Below are positions 1-10,291 of a DNA stretch of 64,000 bases, piece after piece. The notes under the pieces are model-generated. The model was given only the letters and a program-made list of their open reading frames with translations. It did no database searches and had not been told where the DNA came from. Each line of letters starts with the position of its first letter. Position 1 is the first letter of the stretch. Origin of the DNA: Corallochytrium limacisporum Hawaii (Eukaryota; Protista; Pluriformea); the NCBI GenBank assembly GCA_002811645.1, contig PDIP01000006.1:64954-128953 (forward strand), given 5' to 3'. The translations under genes and the position numbers were made by a program.

Positions 1-2
1 GT

Positions 3-1781
3 TCGGGCAAACCTGTAAAGTACATTCTCGTGTGTGGTGGTGTGATCAGTGGCATTGGAAAAGGTGTCATTACATCCTCACTGGGCGTAATTCTGAGATC
101 TATGGGGCTGACTGTTACTGCTATTAAGATTGACCCCTACCTGAACATTGATGCTGGTACTTTCTCACCTTATGAGCACGGGGAGACATTCGTTCTGGAT
201 GACGGCGGTGAGGTGGACCTTGACCTTGGTAACTATGAGCGCTTCCTCGATGTTACCCTTCATCGTGATAACAACATCACTACAGGAAAGGTGTATCGCA
301 ATGTTATTGAACGGGAAAGGAAAGGCGAATATCTAGGGAAGACCGTTCAGGTTGTGCCACATGTGACAGACGAAATTCAAGACTGGATTGCCAGGGTATC
401 TCGAGTCCCTAGTGATGACTCGGGCAAGGAACCTGATGTGTGTGTCATTGAATTGGGAGGCACAATCGGTGATATCGAAAGCGCCCCTTTTATTGAAGCC
501 CTACGTCAATTCCATTTCCGTGTTGGACATGAGAACATGGTCACGGTCATGGTTTCCCTTATTCCTGTGGTGGGTGCTAATGGTGAGCAAAAGACGAAGC
601 CGACCCAACACTCTGTCCGGGAGCTGCGTGGTCTGGGTTTGATGCCGGACATTATTGTTTGTCGTTGCACTGAGCGTGTCCACCGGGATGTGAAGCTGAA
701 GGTTGCCAACTTCTGCCACGTGCCTCCGGAGCAAGTGTACACTGTTCACGACACAAGCTCCATTTATAGAGTACCGTTGATGTTGAGCTCACAGAACATT
801 ATTCCTTTCCTCTGCCGACGACTGGAGTTCGATGTATCGATCGATATCGAAAAAGCTATCTCAGGCATTGGCGGGAGCTTTTTGATGTCAAAATGGACTC
901 AGCTGGCCGACCGCTACGAACGCCTCCACGACTATGTCAGCATCTGCGTTGTCGGGAAGTATACTGGTCTCTCGGATGCTTACACATCAGTCATTAAGTC
1001 GTTGCAGCATGCGGCTCTTGCAGCCAACCGCAAGCTAAGATTGGAATGGGTGGAGGCTGAGCATTTGGAGTCGCCAATGAGCAGAAATAACCCCGTAAAT
1101 TTCCACGTAGCGTGGCAGACTTTGTGCAAAGCTTCGGGAATTCTTGTTCCCGGTGGATTTGGTGAACGTGGTACTGAAGGTAAGATTGCCGCAGCTCATT
1201 GGGCCCGAGTCAACAACGTGCCCTTTTTAGGCATTTGTCTCGGGTTCCAGATCGCAGCGATTGAGTTCGCACGGAATGTTCTGCAGTGGGAAGACGCCAA
1301 CTCTTCGGAATTTACGGACACCACCACGCACCCTCTGGTGATTTACATGCCTGAGATTTCTAAGACACATCTTGGAGGTACAATGCGCCTAGGGGCCCGG
1401 CCTACCCACTTTGTCCGCGAGGGATCTCGGATCCAGCAACTCTACGGTGGTCAGAACCAAGTTATGGAACGCCATCGTCATCGCTACGAGATCAATCCCA
1501 AGTACGTGAAATCGATGGAGGATGCGGGGATGATCTTCTACGGTCAGGATGAGCGCGGTGAGCGCATGGAGATTATGGAGCTGGAAGAGCACCCGTACTT
1601 TGTTGGGGTACAATACCATCCTGAGTTCCTTACGCGGCCTTTACGCCCAAGTCCGCCGTTCCTAGGCCTAATCCTTGCTGCGTGTAACTTGCTCGAGAAG
1701 TATCTTGCTCTCCCTCCTGGGGCTTCACGAATGGAACTTCTGCAAGCCCAAGCCATTACCGATCTCTTTGAAAATGTTTAA
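3..1781 (+). CDS. CTPS: CTP synthase (5' end lies outside the window)
   Basis: Frame is open from base 3 ([21 protein letters not shown]). Has [23 protein letters not shown], the glutaminase nucleophile GICLG and VQYHPEF. No introns in the visible part. Confidence 0.97.
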   Translation, partial: SGKPVKYILVCGGVISGIGKGVITSSLGVILRSMGLTVTAIKIDPYLNIDAGTFSPYEHGETFVLDDGGEVDLDLGNYERFLDVTLHRDNNITTGKVYRNVIERERKGEYLGKTVQVVPHVTDEIQDWIARVSRVPSDDSGKEPDVCVIELGGTIGDIESAPFIEALRQFHFRVGHENMVTVMVSLIPVVGANGEQKTKPTQHSVRELRGLGLMPDIIVCRCTERVHRDVKLKVANFCHVPPEQVYTVHDTSSIYRVPLMLSSQNIIPFLCRRLEFDVSIDIEKAISGIGGSFLMSKWTQLADRYERLHDYVSICVVGKYTGLSDAYTSVIKSLQHAALAANRKLRLEWVEAEHLESPMSRNNPVNFHVAWQTLCKASGILVPGGFGERGTEGKIAAAHWARVNNVPFLGICLGFQIAAIEFARNVLQWEDANSSEFTDTTTHPLVIYMPEISKTHLGGTMRLGARPTHFVREGSRIQQLYGGQNQVMERHRHRYEINPKYVKSMEDAGMIFYGQDERGERMEIMELEEHPYFVGVQYHPEFLTRPLRPSPPFLGLILAACNLLEKYLALPPGASRMELLQAQAITDLFENV

Positions 1782-1873
1782 GTTCAGCATGGAATAGCAT
1801 CCGTATATCATTTATACCCATTCAGTCATCAAACAAAGCTCATTACATCATGATATAGACAATACTATGAACG

Positions 1874-2749
1874 CTACTTCTTTATCAATACTTGGCGATC
1901 TTTCTTCACATGTTTCGGCCTGACACCTTGCCCACCTTTTGACCTCAGAGACTTCTCCCAGGCCCGCTTGTGCTTCTGATAAAGGGCCATGGTGGCACGG
2001 GCATCCTCAACGGAACTATGAGATCCCTCTTGAATGGCCATACCAAGCTCTTCTTTTACCAGCATACTCAGCTTTGGCTTCCGTCCCTTTGCGAGTGATC
2101 TGAATGGCCTGAAAGTTTGTGTATCGCGCACAAATTTGCGAGGGTGGGACAACAGCAGAATCTTGAGATCGTTCTCAAGTGCGTGCCCAATCAGAAGTTT
2201 TCCATCAATAAGCTGTGAAACTTTTTTCTGTACGTCCCGAAATGAAATTGCTGCAGATGAATTAAGATGCTTAGGCTCAATGCCAGACACCGCCGTACGA
2301 TAATCCGTGACAGCCTCACTGGGGGCGACATATGTGTCGAAGAGTAAATCACCATAGGCATTTACGACAGAGCATCTGGCCAGCATAGACTCTGTTCCGT
2401 CCGCCCCGACGCCGACCATTTCACAATCGATTGCTACTTCTTTCGTGCTCCTTAATGTTTTTGTGCCCTGTGTATTGCCATTGCTCGCTGGAGGACCTTG
2501 ACTAGCAACTCCTGCTACAATTTCCTTTGCGTTCTCAACTCGCTGGGTTGATTTTGCGCTGCCCTCAAAAGCTTCTTCGATCTCCTCCTTTGCTACATTC
2601 GCGGCATTCTTAACTGCTGCTGCAATGATAGTATCAAGCGCCAGATTGGCGTCCTTCTGCGACCTTGACTTTTGGTTTTGGACAGGTTTGTGCCTGCGCT
2701 TGTGAACAATATTGCGTTCTTTCTTCAACTTCTCCCAATTGGACACCAT
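1874..2749 (-). CDS. REXO4: RNA exonuclease 4 (DEDDh)
   Basis: VAIDCEMVGVG, LIGHALENDL, IQEGSHSSVEDARATM. N-terminal SNWEKLK is typical of Rex4. Confidence 0.93.
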   Translation of the reverse strand: MVSNWEKLKKERNIVHKRRHKPVQNQKSRSQKDANLALDTIIAAAVKNAANVAKEEIEEAFEGSAKSTQRVENAKEIVAGVASQGPPASNGNTQGTKTLRSTKEVAIDCEMVGVGADGTESMLARCSVVNAYGDLLFDTYVAPSEAVTDYRTAVSGIEPKHLNSSAAISFRDVQKKVSQLIDGKLLIGHALENDLKILLLSHPRKFVRDTQTFRPFRSLAKGRKPKLSMLVKEELGMAIQEGSHSSVEDARATMALYQKHKRAWEKSLRSKGGQGVRPKHVKKDRQVLIKK

Positions 2750-3081
2750 CGTGTCTCTTGTACTATATCGTTCAAAGGGTCACATCTGATTTGTTTCATA
2801 ATGCAGATAGTCTCAGTAGGATATGTACAATTTCAATGCGCTTGATGCCAAAGCAGGATCCTCAAATAACAGGAGAAGGTTGCTGGAGTAAAACCCGCAC
2901 CTGCGTGGTACTCTCTCGTGGGGAGGGAGAGAGAACGCTCTACCGTAGGGCCCTCACGATGCACTAGGGGAAGATCAATATTTTCGTGCTGAAGCTAGGT
3001 CAGGAGGGTCAGTAGCGCCTGGGCAATGTATCCTACGATAAATTACAATATGCTGCTTCTATTGCACAAAACTTTGACTCC

Positions 3082-5979
3082 TTATGTCGCAATCTGAAGT
3101 TTAGCAGCCAATTCTTGACATTCAGGACCCGGTAGACCAGCACCAAGCAGCTGATTTAACGTGGCTGCATCGATTGTTTTGATGGAAGTGACCAGGTGTT
3201 GCTGCACGTTGGTAATGTTGGGAAAAGGATCCCATTTCTGTGCGCCGGTAGCGGACAACTTGGAATACTCAGTCTGGATGAGCTGATCTTCATCTTCATC
3301 ATCGATAATCCGCTGCGATTTCTCGGCTTCAAAATTAATATCTGAAATGCTCTCGGCGACAGCAACAACAGACTTCAACAACGGTCCCCATTTGCTGGCA
3401 TACTGGGAAACCATGGCCTTGCTCTTTAAAATTTCAACAGATCCCACCACACACGTCTTCCGAAAATGGAAGCCACTGACGGAGTTCATTTCCGCACACA
3501 ATAGCTTCTCCAGACACATACCAAAGAGGTTGGCCTGGATGCCATCAATAATGGAGATCAGGTGATCCCCGCCAAATTTTCCAGCAACCAGGCATTGCAG
3601 AACTATGAAGTTAGACGTGTGCTTGGGGGTACGAGACTTCCCAGACAATCTCCGGAAACCAAGGGAGAAGATTTCTGGGAGATACTTGTTTAGTCGCTCA
3701 ACAGGCACATGTTCAATCAAGCTGAAAATGACCTTAAACCCTTCATGATCCAAAGCCTTTGATGCATGCAGTCTTTGGAAGATACCCAGCACAGCGGTGA
3801 GTTTACTCTCGTCTGCAAGCAGTTGAGGATTATTCTTTTCCAAGAAGCGAGTCAACAGGTCAACCAGCGCAGGGACATTTCCACTGCGTTCCCAGAACTG
3901 AGGTGACAGAATGTGGCCGAAGAGCCCCATGAATGCGTCCGGGATCCCGTCAGCACCTGCAAGGAGCACTGCAAGAATTTGGAATGCGTACGGAGTGAAT
4001 TCTGTGATATCCTGAGCGATGATGAATTCGAATGAAGGGAAGAGTGCGGACTGGATCTGGGGCAAGAGATTTGGAAAGTTTCCACGCACAGTCTGTGTGA
4101 TGACAGTCAGCGTTTCGAAGAGGTAGTGGTTGAAGCGAGGTTTTGCAGGGTTCTTGCAGACCTTTTCTAGTTCAGCCATAAGGGCACCCATTGTCTTTTC
4201 AATAAGCGGAAGCGAGTCCTCGGGCTTTGCCCTCGACAAGAGGCGCATGATGCACTTCATTACAAACTCGTTTTCCTTGCTCTTAGGCAAAACAGTAAGC
4301 AGCTCTTCCAAAATCGGTCCAATGGCTGCTGTCAGAGCATCCTGGGTGATCTTAAATTCGCCGGTTTGCGCATCACGCACAGTGCACAATCGTTCAACAG
4401 CATATGCAGCATAGCTTGCAACAACAGCGTGAGGAGAACGAAGAAATTTGCTGATCATAGGCAAAACGGATATGATACTGTTGCTGTCGAGTTGGTTTCG
4501 GAATGTTGTGAGGAACTTAAGGGCATCCGCGTGCAGCACCGGCAGTCTGTTCAAATCGGTCGCCTGCAAATCTTCGAGGATGTTCTGCTGCATGAATTGC
4601 CCAATGTTTACTGAAGGATCAATTTCCTGCGCACCACGAGCTGCCGTGATCTTGGACTTCACTGCCACTGCAGTGAACAAGAAGAGGGCGGTATTCTTGG
4701 ACGGCCAATTGTTTGCTATGTCTGTCTTTGCCTGAGCCAGAAGGGCGTCAACAGATGCGAGGAACACCTTTGTAGCGGTATCTCCAAAGGCAGAACAAAG
4801 ACTCCTGGCAAGATCATGCGCTGCCCTTCGCCGAGTCTCAGCATCAGATCCTTCGATGTCTCTGCGGATATACTCGTCCGGGTTGTCCTCGAAAAGCTCC
4901 ATGTCAGCGTCTCTGAACATCATATTTGGCCCAACCACCTGTTCACAGATCAGCTTCAGAGATTCCTCTCCTTCGAAGAGGTTGCGGTAATTCGGTCTTT
5001 CCACGACCGACCGCAGGACCTGAATTGCCTTTGATACCAATATGTCATACTTCATTTGCTGCCCGACGGTCGTGAGCAGCGTCCAAATGTCTTGAACGAA
5101 CTTTGGCAAGTACGGTGAGAAGTCGTCATCATATTTCAAAGCCAGCATCGAAATAATGTCACAAATCACACTACGCTCAATTTCAATCAGTCCCGCTTCT
5201 TCGTCACTATCACTATTCAGAGCTGGATTGACAAAGCTGAGAAGATCGTGGAAGATTGTCAGCCATTGCTCCAATGTGTCTGCAAACTGATCTGGAAGTT
5301 CTTGCCAAGTCAAGTCTAAAATCAGCTTCGTGACGATAGTTATCGCTTGATACTGCACTACCAGTGTCTGTGCATCCTGATTGGTCTTAAGCGCCTCCCA
5401 GAGTGACTTCAAAAGCTCCAGTAATGGCTGAGCGAATTTGTCGAGAACTAATTTGATCTCGGACCACAAATGATCCGATCTTTGAGCACCCCTGTACCGT
5501 TTGAAAATACTATGTGCTGTTTCCAGAATACCAACAATGACAGCATAGTTCTTTTGCTGATGACCCTGACCGATATACTCCAGAAATGTGTCTAGAAGAG
5601 TTGGCCAGCGATCGGGGAAATCAATCGCAGCGATGAAGCCAATCGCTGAACTGAGTTGCTTGCGGCAATTATCCGGAACACTGAGCATTAGTTTCACGAG
5701 ATTACTCCTAACAAGTTCGCGTCTGTCATCAGGCAGAATGTCTTCATCCCAGTATTTCTTTGAATAATTCTTGAATTGAACCGCCGCGGCAAGCCTGCTA
5801 GGTGCTTGGGCAGTCTCGTCTCCTACAATCTGCAGGAGCGCAATGGGATACCCGATGCTGGTCCGCTCCTGGTTAAGTAAGAAATCCTCCGCCTGCTTTC
5901 GTTGTGCTCGGTCTGGACTAAAAGTCGCTTCGAGCGACTGCGAGAGCATCTTGAGCTCATCAGTTGTAGCAACGACCAT
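3082..5979 (-). CDS. CSE1L: Exportin-2 / CSE1 (importin-alpha re-exporter)
   Basis: IBN_N start (RKQAEDFL, AAAVQFKN), DFPDRWPTL, ELFEDNPDEYIRRDIEGSDAETRRRAA, KNPAKPRFNHYLFE. Confidence 0.96.
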   Translation of the reverse strand: MVVATTDELKMLSQSLEATFSPDRAQRKQAEDFLLNQERTSIGYPIALLQIVGDETAQAPSRLAAAVQFKNYSKKYWDEDILPDDRRELVRSNLVKLMLSVPDNCRKQLSSAIGFIAAIDFPDRWPTLLDTFLEYIGQGHQQKNYAVIVGILETAHSIFKRYRGAQRSDHLWSEIKLVLDKFAQPLLELLKSLWEALKTNQDAQTLVVQYQAITIVTKLILDLTWQELPDQFADTLEQWLTIFHDLLSFVNPALNSDSDEEAGLIEIERSVICDIISMLALKYDDDFSPYLPKFVQDIWTLLTTVGQQMKYDILVSKAIQVLRSVVERPNYRNLFEGEESLKLICEQVVGPNMMFRDADMELFEDNPDEYIRRDIEGSDAETRRRAAHDLARSLCSAFGDTATKVFLASVDALLAQAKTDIANNWPSKNTALFLFTAVAVKSKITAARGAQEIDPSVNIGQFMQQNILEDLQATDLNRLPVLHADALKFLTTFRNQLDSNSIISVLPMISKFLRSPHAVVASYAAYAVERLCTVRDAQTGEFKITQDALTAAIGPILEELLTVLPKSKENEFVMKCIMRLLSRAKPEDSLPLIEKTMGALMAELEKVCKNPAKPRFNHYLFETLTVITQTVRGNFPNLLPQIQSALFPSFEFIIAQDITEFTPYAFQILAVLLAGADGIPDAFMGLFGHILSPQFWERSGNVPALVDLLTRFLEKNNPQLLADESKLTAVLGIFQRLHASKALDHEGFKVIFSLIEHVPVERLNKYLPEIFSLGFRRLSGKSRTPKHTSNFIVLQCLVAGKFGGDHLISIIDGIQANLFGMCLEKLLCAEMNSVSGFHFRKTCVVGSVEILKSKAMVSQYASKWGPLLKSVVAVAESISDINFEAEKSQRIIDDEDEDQLIQTEYSKLSATGAQKWDPFPNITNVQQHLVTSIKTIDAATLNQLLGAGLPGPECQELAAKLQIAT

Positions 5980-6165
5980 TGTGCTAGATGTTCAGTTGAT
6001 CCAGCGAGCAATACTTTGCATGCTTTTGGGAAGACGATCTAGAACCCAGTGAGTTGGAAAGCGTTTCTTTTTCCTTCCCAGTAAAGATTTAAAGTACGTG
6101 TTCATCACCATGATAGACCTTATACCCTATAACTTGCCCACAGTGTGTCTCCTGGGGGACAAAGG

Positions 6166-6255
6166 TTCTCCATTCATTGCACATAGACCCTGTCTGGGAG
6201 TGGCTTTTTCTCCATTCATTGCACATAGACCCTGCCTGAGAGTGGCTTCTTCTCC
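6166..6255. repeat. 42-bp tandem duplication (about 2.1 copies) in the CSE1/NDUFV3 divergent intergenic region
   Basis: ttctccattcattgcacatagaccctg(t/c)ctg(g/a)gagtggctt(t/c) occurs at 6166-6207 and 6208-6249, with 3 mismatches. Confidence 0.9.
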
Positions 6256-7000
6256 CTGGTCGGGCCTCGCTTTCTTGAGTCCTTCCTCGCTTCCCGGATT
6301 TCATCCGTTCAAAGTCAATACTGGGGGCTCCCGCCATTTCTACAATTTGCGCACGCGACCTAACAGCCACAGAAGAAGGCCTCTGCGGCAGGCCTGCCTG
6401 CATGTCTTCTTCTGATTCACCCGCTGGCCGTAGTGTTGATCAATAATTTGAGCCTTCCAAACGGAAACTTGGAAAATTTGGAAACTGCGCCTGGCATTGT
6501 CCTCCTTGCCCAGCCAAAACGGTGGAAGTGCCACTAGTTTGCGTTTGGAATGGGATTAGTTCAGAGGCACGATCCGAAAGACTTACGAAGGCAGGGAAAA
6601 AGCCACACGAAGCGGGGTCAGGAAGTACCCTCCGTGTACAAACACAACCACGGGCGAACGTACGGACGGCGAGCCGAAGAGCGACAGTGACAGGAAGCGC
6701 ACCTGCGGGGAGGGGGAGGAGGGTTCAGGGACCGGGCTAGTCCGAAACACACGGGGAAGGAGGGCAAAGGGTCGCCGGTAAGGAGGAAAATGAAAGTGGC
6801 GACATCCAGTGAACTGGAAACACATCTGCAAAACAAATGGTTGTCCAATTTCTTTCGCGATTCGAAACATGCACCAGAGCAAAGCAGGTATGTTGAGAAT
6901 TGGAAACCGGATCAAATTTATTGAACCTAGTACTCTTCTATTAGGCTTCCGAACGTGTAAACAAACTATTCTAGGGGTGCTCGAAGGGACTGACTACGTT

Positions 7001-7720
7001 ATGCTGAGACTTCTCGCACAGGCAAGGCTGGCACGGCCGTCACAGGGTATCATCACGCAGAGAAGTATCCAGACTTGCGCTGCCTTGAGAGCGGAAGAGT
7101 CCAAGTCTACAACCAGACGACGCCGCAAAGCAGCAGGGGAGAGCACCACTGAGATTGGTGAGTCTAAGTCAACGGTCCGTCGCCGTCGTGCAAAGAAGGC
7201 CGACGCTGAAGCCGCAGCAAAGAAGGCCGACGCTGAAGCCGCAGCAAAGAAGGCCGACGCTGAAGCCGCAGCAAAGAAGGCCGACGCTGAAGCCGCNNNN
7301 NNNNNNNNNNNNNNNNNNNNNNNNNNNNNNNNNNNNNNNNNNNNNNNNNNNNNNNNNNNNNNNNNNNNNNNNNNNNNNNNNNNNNNNNNNNNNNNNNNNN
7401 NNNNNNNNNNNNNNNNNNNNNNNNNNNNNNNNNNNNNNNNNNNNNNNNNNGAAGCCGCAGCAAAGAAGGCCGACGCTGAAGCCGCAGCAAAGAAGGCCGA
7501 CGCTGAAGCCGCAGCAAAGAAGGCCGACGAAGCTGCAGCAAAACAGGCAGCAAACGTTCCTTCTGATCCTGTGCTAAGCTACAAGGTGCCAGAAGGTGAA
7601 TACAAGCAGATGCAGTACCATGAGTTCAACAAGGACTCACATGCCGACTTTGAAGTAGCAATGCGAAAGTACCGTTTGCCCCAACCTGAGCCACCGACAC
7701 AGAAGCGTTTCGTGATTTAA
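7001..7720 (+). CDS. NDUFV3: NDUFV3-like complex I accessory subunit with internal Ala/Lys tandem repeat (spans an N gap)
   Basis: The ATG at 7001 gives a mitochondrial-presequence-like N-terminus (MLRLLAQARLARPSQ). The C-terminal EYKQMQYHEFNKDSHADFEVAMRKYRLPQP matches the NDUFV3 motif (human [29 protein letters not shown]). Confidence 0.75.
   Translation: MLRLLAQARLARPSQGIITQRSIQTCAALRAEESKSTTRRRRKAAGESTTEIGESKSTVRRRRAKKADAEAAAKKADAEAAAKKADAEAAAKKADAEAXXXXXXXXXXXXXXXXXXXXXXXXXXXXXXXXXXXXXXXXXXXXXXXXXXXXEAAAKKADAEAAAKKADAEAAAKKADEAAAKQAANVPSDPVLSYKVPEGEYKQMQYHEFNKDSHADFEVAMRKYRLPQPEPPTQKRFVI
7190..7543 (+). repeat. 27-bp coding minisatellite encoding (AKKADAEAA)n; copy number unresolved (N gap 7297-7450)
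   Basis: Perfect gcaaagaaggccgacgctgaagccgca units on both sides of the gap. Confidence 0.95.
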
Positions 7721-7763
7721 AAAGAACACAGGGGAATATGCTCGAAATGACTGGCGTGAACAA

Positions 7764-9203
7764 TCAAGAGGACTGTTTTTGGCGCAAGTGAATCGTTGCA
7801 CGGGGATGCAATCCTTCACCTAACAATGTGTTCGATAGATTCTCTAGCTCACACGGTGGAAACGCTGTGTGCACCGTGTATGACGCAGAGTATCCACGAA
7901 ACTGTCGATTGACTCTCGAACGTCCGCGATGGTGGACTTTTGTTCATGTTGAGAACAAAGGTCTACGCAGTAGTAATAGAGAAATAGAAGTGTGCAGGTT
8001 AGTACATGTTCATCTGATAGTAGTTTCCTAGCATGTCTCGTACTTACGAGCTCCCCAGACTTTACCTGTAGAACTGATGTCCTATGAGACTTTCCAGTCG
8101 CATGGATTTCGACCCTAGGGGGTGATGAATCTGCTTCCCCGTGGACATGTTCTTGGATCGATGGTCTGACGTCCACTATTGTGCCGTCGTCCTTGGTTTT
8201 CGTTCGAGGCAAGTAAGCAGGGATCGAGAATTATCAGAGTTGTTCGGCTCTCGTGTTTGAGACGCCGCGAACGGATTAACAGAAGTATGTTCCAGTTGTG
8301 AAGAGTCGCCAGCTGTGGAAGCTAAATCATTCTTTGTCAAAGAATTGCAAGGGATTTTGGCGGATGTAATCCGCCTTCCTCGTCCAGGAAAATGCGGCTT
8401 ATGTGTTGACCCCCGCTCATCGACGATCGGAAGGTATAGGCCATACGGATACTGTTTCTTAAATTCTAGGGGATAGTAGCCATCAAGAATGTCCAAGACA
8501 AAGGCTTGGCACGATGAGCTGTCGTATGCTCGGAATCCTGTCCCGTCTACAATGATGCCATCATCATAGACCTCAACATCGACCATTGTTGGCTGCGGTA
8601 TCTGAGCAATGCCATCGTTGTGGGTACCTGAACTCCAATTGCACAGTGCTTGATCAGCCATCACGTTCAGTTCACGAATGTTTCGAGCAAAGCGATCAAA
8701 TGAAAACATCTGCAGAAACTGGTCCACGGTGAGACACTTCGGAGTGATTTGACGAGGTGTGTAAGCCAGTTTCGTTAGCGACTCCTCGCGTCTGGTGGAA
8801 CTGGCACTGGTGCCTCTGGCAAGCTCGTCATGGTTTTGATTTGTTTCCTTATTCCCAACCCAAATCATTCCGTAGTCACGCAGAAACTGTTTGGTATCCG
8901 CTAGCTCTTGTTGGAGATCGAAGCGTACATTTCCCAATCAATTGAGACCTCATCTCGAACTCCTGCCTCTACATGATTTCCTAAGGCCTCTAGTGCCTCC
9001 TTCAAATGGTCATTATCGTGCCGTACTGCTTGCAAGGCTTTCTTTGTTTGCCGTAGCTCGCCGTCGCCTATGGCCAATCGCTTTTCCATACTCTGACGGG
9101 ACGATCCTGTTGCCTTTCCATTGAGAGATAATCTATTTTGTGGCAATAGACAACCAAAAGATGAGGCGTCTTTCGAAGTAGCAACTGTTGTGGGATGCCA
9201 CAT
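7764..9203 (-). pseudogene. UBXN11: UBXN11-like (coiled coil + SEP + UBX) gene broken by four -1 frameshifts, with one intron; start codon uncertain (ATG at 9203 or 9089)
   Basis: FLRDYGMIWVG, FVLDILDGYYPLEF, FPGRG, LPRT..DGTIVDVR, TFVLNM, STIADVR and AFPP..LLGEGLHPRATIHLR lie in successive frames. Shifts occur near 8930, 8176-8230, 7940 and 7900. Confidence 0.8.
7963..8047 (-). other. 85-nt spliceosomal intron in the UBXN11-like gene
   Basis: GTAAGT donor, TACTAACCT branch point, pyrimidine tract, TAG acceptor (first AG after the branch). Splicing joins KSGEL|TFVLNM of the UBX domain. Confidence 0.85.
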
Positions 9204-9364
9204 CTTTTCCGAACAAGGCCTTGCAAACGTCGCCTCGAAGTCATTGAAGGTGGCTTCCGAGGCCGACGCTCTTTTAGTAGGTCTGACGAGAGACACGAAA
9301 AAACAGTAAGGGCATATCAGTTTATTTCCACCTGTGCAGTGCCAGCACTGCAAGCGCCAGTCAC

Positions 9365-10291
9365 TTAAATGCACTGCTTCACCTGCTCAAGGATTTTAGG
9401 GTTGACCTGCATAATCTTCTCCAACAAGGTAGATATATACTCTTCAAGTTCTTGGATTCTTAGATCCTTCTTTTGGTTCTCCTTTCGCAGCTTCTGGATT
9501 TCGGTTTGCAGTAGTGCTAGCAAGGGATTTCTTTGCACATTAGGATCGCTGGGACGGCACACAGAGTTTGCGTTCTCTGAGCCACTGCGGCCACTCACGT
9601 CAACTGTAACCAGTTCCGGAGCTGTGTGGCCTACTTTGCGTGAAATATCTGAACCACTTTGGCCCGCGTCATCCATAGCTGACGCAGCAACAGATGTTTT
9701 GGTTGTATCCCCTTTGCAGAGTTCGACTGACAAACAAATCTGACCCGTCGGATCACCACCTTTCTTTTTGCTAATGTTGACCCATCGCAAGTGTCTGTAG
9801 TCAGCAATGTCCCCGTAGTTAATTTTGATTTCACCAACCATTTTATCAACTGGCGTCGGACCAGCGGAACGATCAAAGTCACTCTGTCCAGCAGCAGTAA
9901 CACACTCATAAACTTGGATGATAATGGCCTTAATCATTCCATTCTTCTTTTTGAATGTACCAGTCAATGATCCACTCAGTGATCCGCTCAAGCGCTGCCT
10001 CGATAGAGTCTTGTTTCCTGTTGGGCTACTCAAGGCCGAAATCTCGACCTCTCCCAGGTGTTCCCAGTTCGGACTGATACCCTCACGTACTTGGCCAGTC
10101 ACTCCATGGTCCTGGGAGACATTGTCTTTGCTCCCAGAAGGCCGAATAACAGTTACAACTGGAAACGTCCGCAAGGTTGCCATGCCTTCCGGCGAGACCA
10201 GATTTCGTGCTTTGGCAACATTGAAGCGAATGACGGATCCAAAGAGATCAAGTTCTCCTTCCATGGCGGAGGATACTCTCTCGACGGGCAT
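9365..10291 (-). CDS. Rab11 family-interacting protein-like (N-terminal C2 domain + C-terminal FIP-RBD)
   Basis: C2-like segments (FNVAKARNL, IQVYE, DKMVGEIKI, RWVNI, GQICLSV) and C-terminal KDLRIQELEEYISTLLEKIMQVNPKILE, resembling the Rab11-binding motif. Start at 10291 or 10264. Confidence 0.7.
   Translation of the reverse strand: MPVERVSSAMEGELDLFGSVIRFNVAKARNLVSPEGMATLRTFPVVTVIRPSGSKDNVSQDHGVTGQVREGISPNWEHLGEVEISALSSPTGNKTLSRQRLSGSLSGSLTGTFKKKNGMIKAIIIQVYECVTAAGQSDFDRSAGPTPVDKMVGEIKINYGDIADYRHLRWVNISKKKGGDPTGQICLSVELCKGDTTKTSVAASAMDDAGQSGSDISRKVGHTAPELVTVDVSGRSGSENANSVCRPSDPNVQRNPLLALLQTEIQKLRKENQKKDLRIQELEEYISTLLEKIMQVNPKILEQVKQCI

Noticed and set aside
6809-7000. N-terminal ORF extensions from GTG/TTG starts (also 10292-10498, 46291-46515, 60001-60030)
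   Set aside because: This is a eukaryotic genome, and homology begins at the downstream ATGs.
7937-7962. Alternative AAG acceptor that would bypass the third UBXN11 frameshift
   Set aside because: It is not the first AG after the branch point, and it would delete the TFVLNM strand of the UBX domain.
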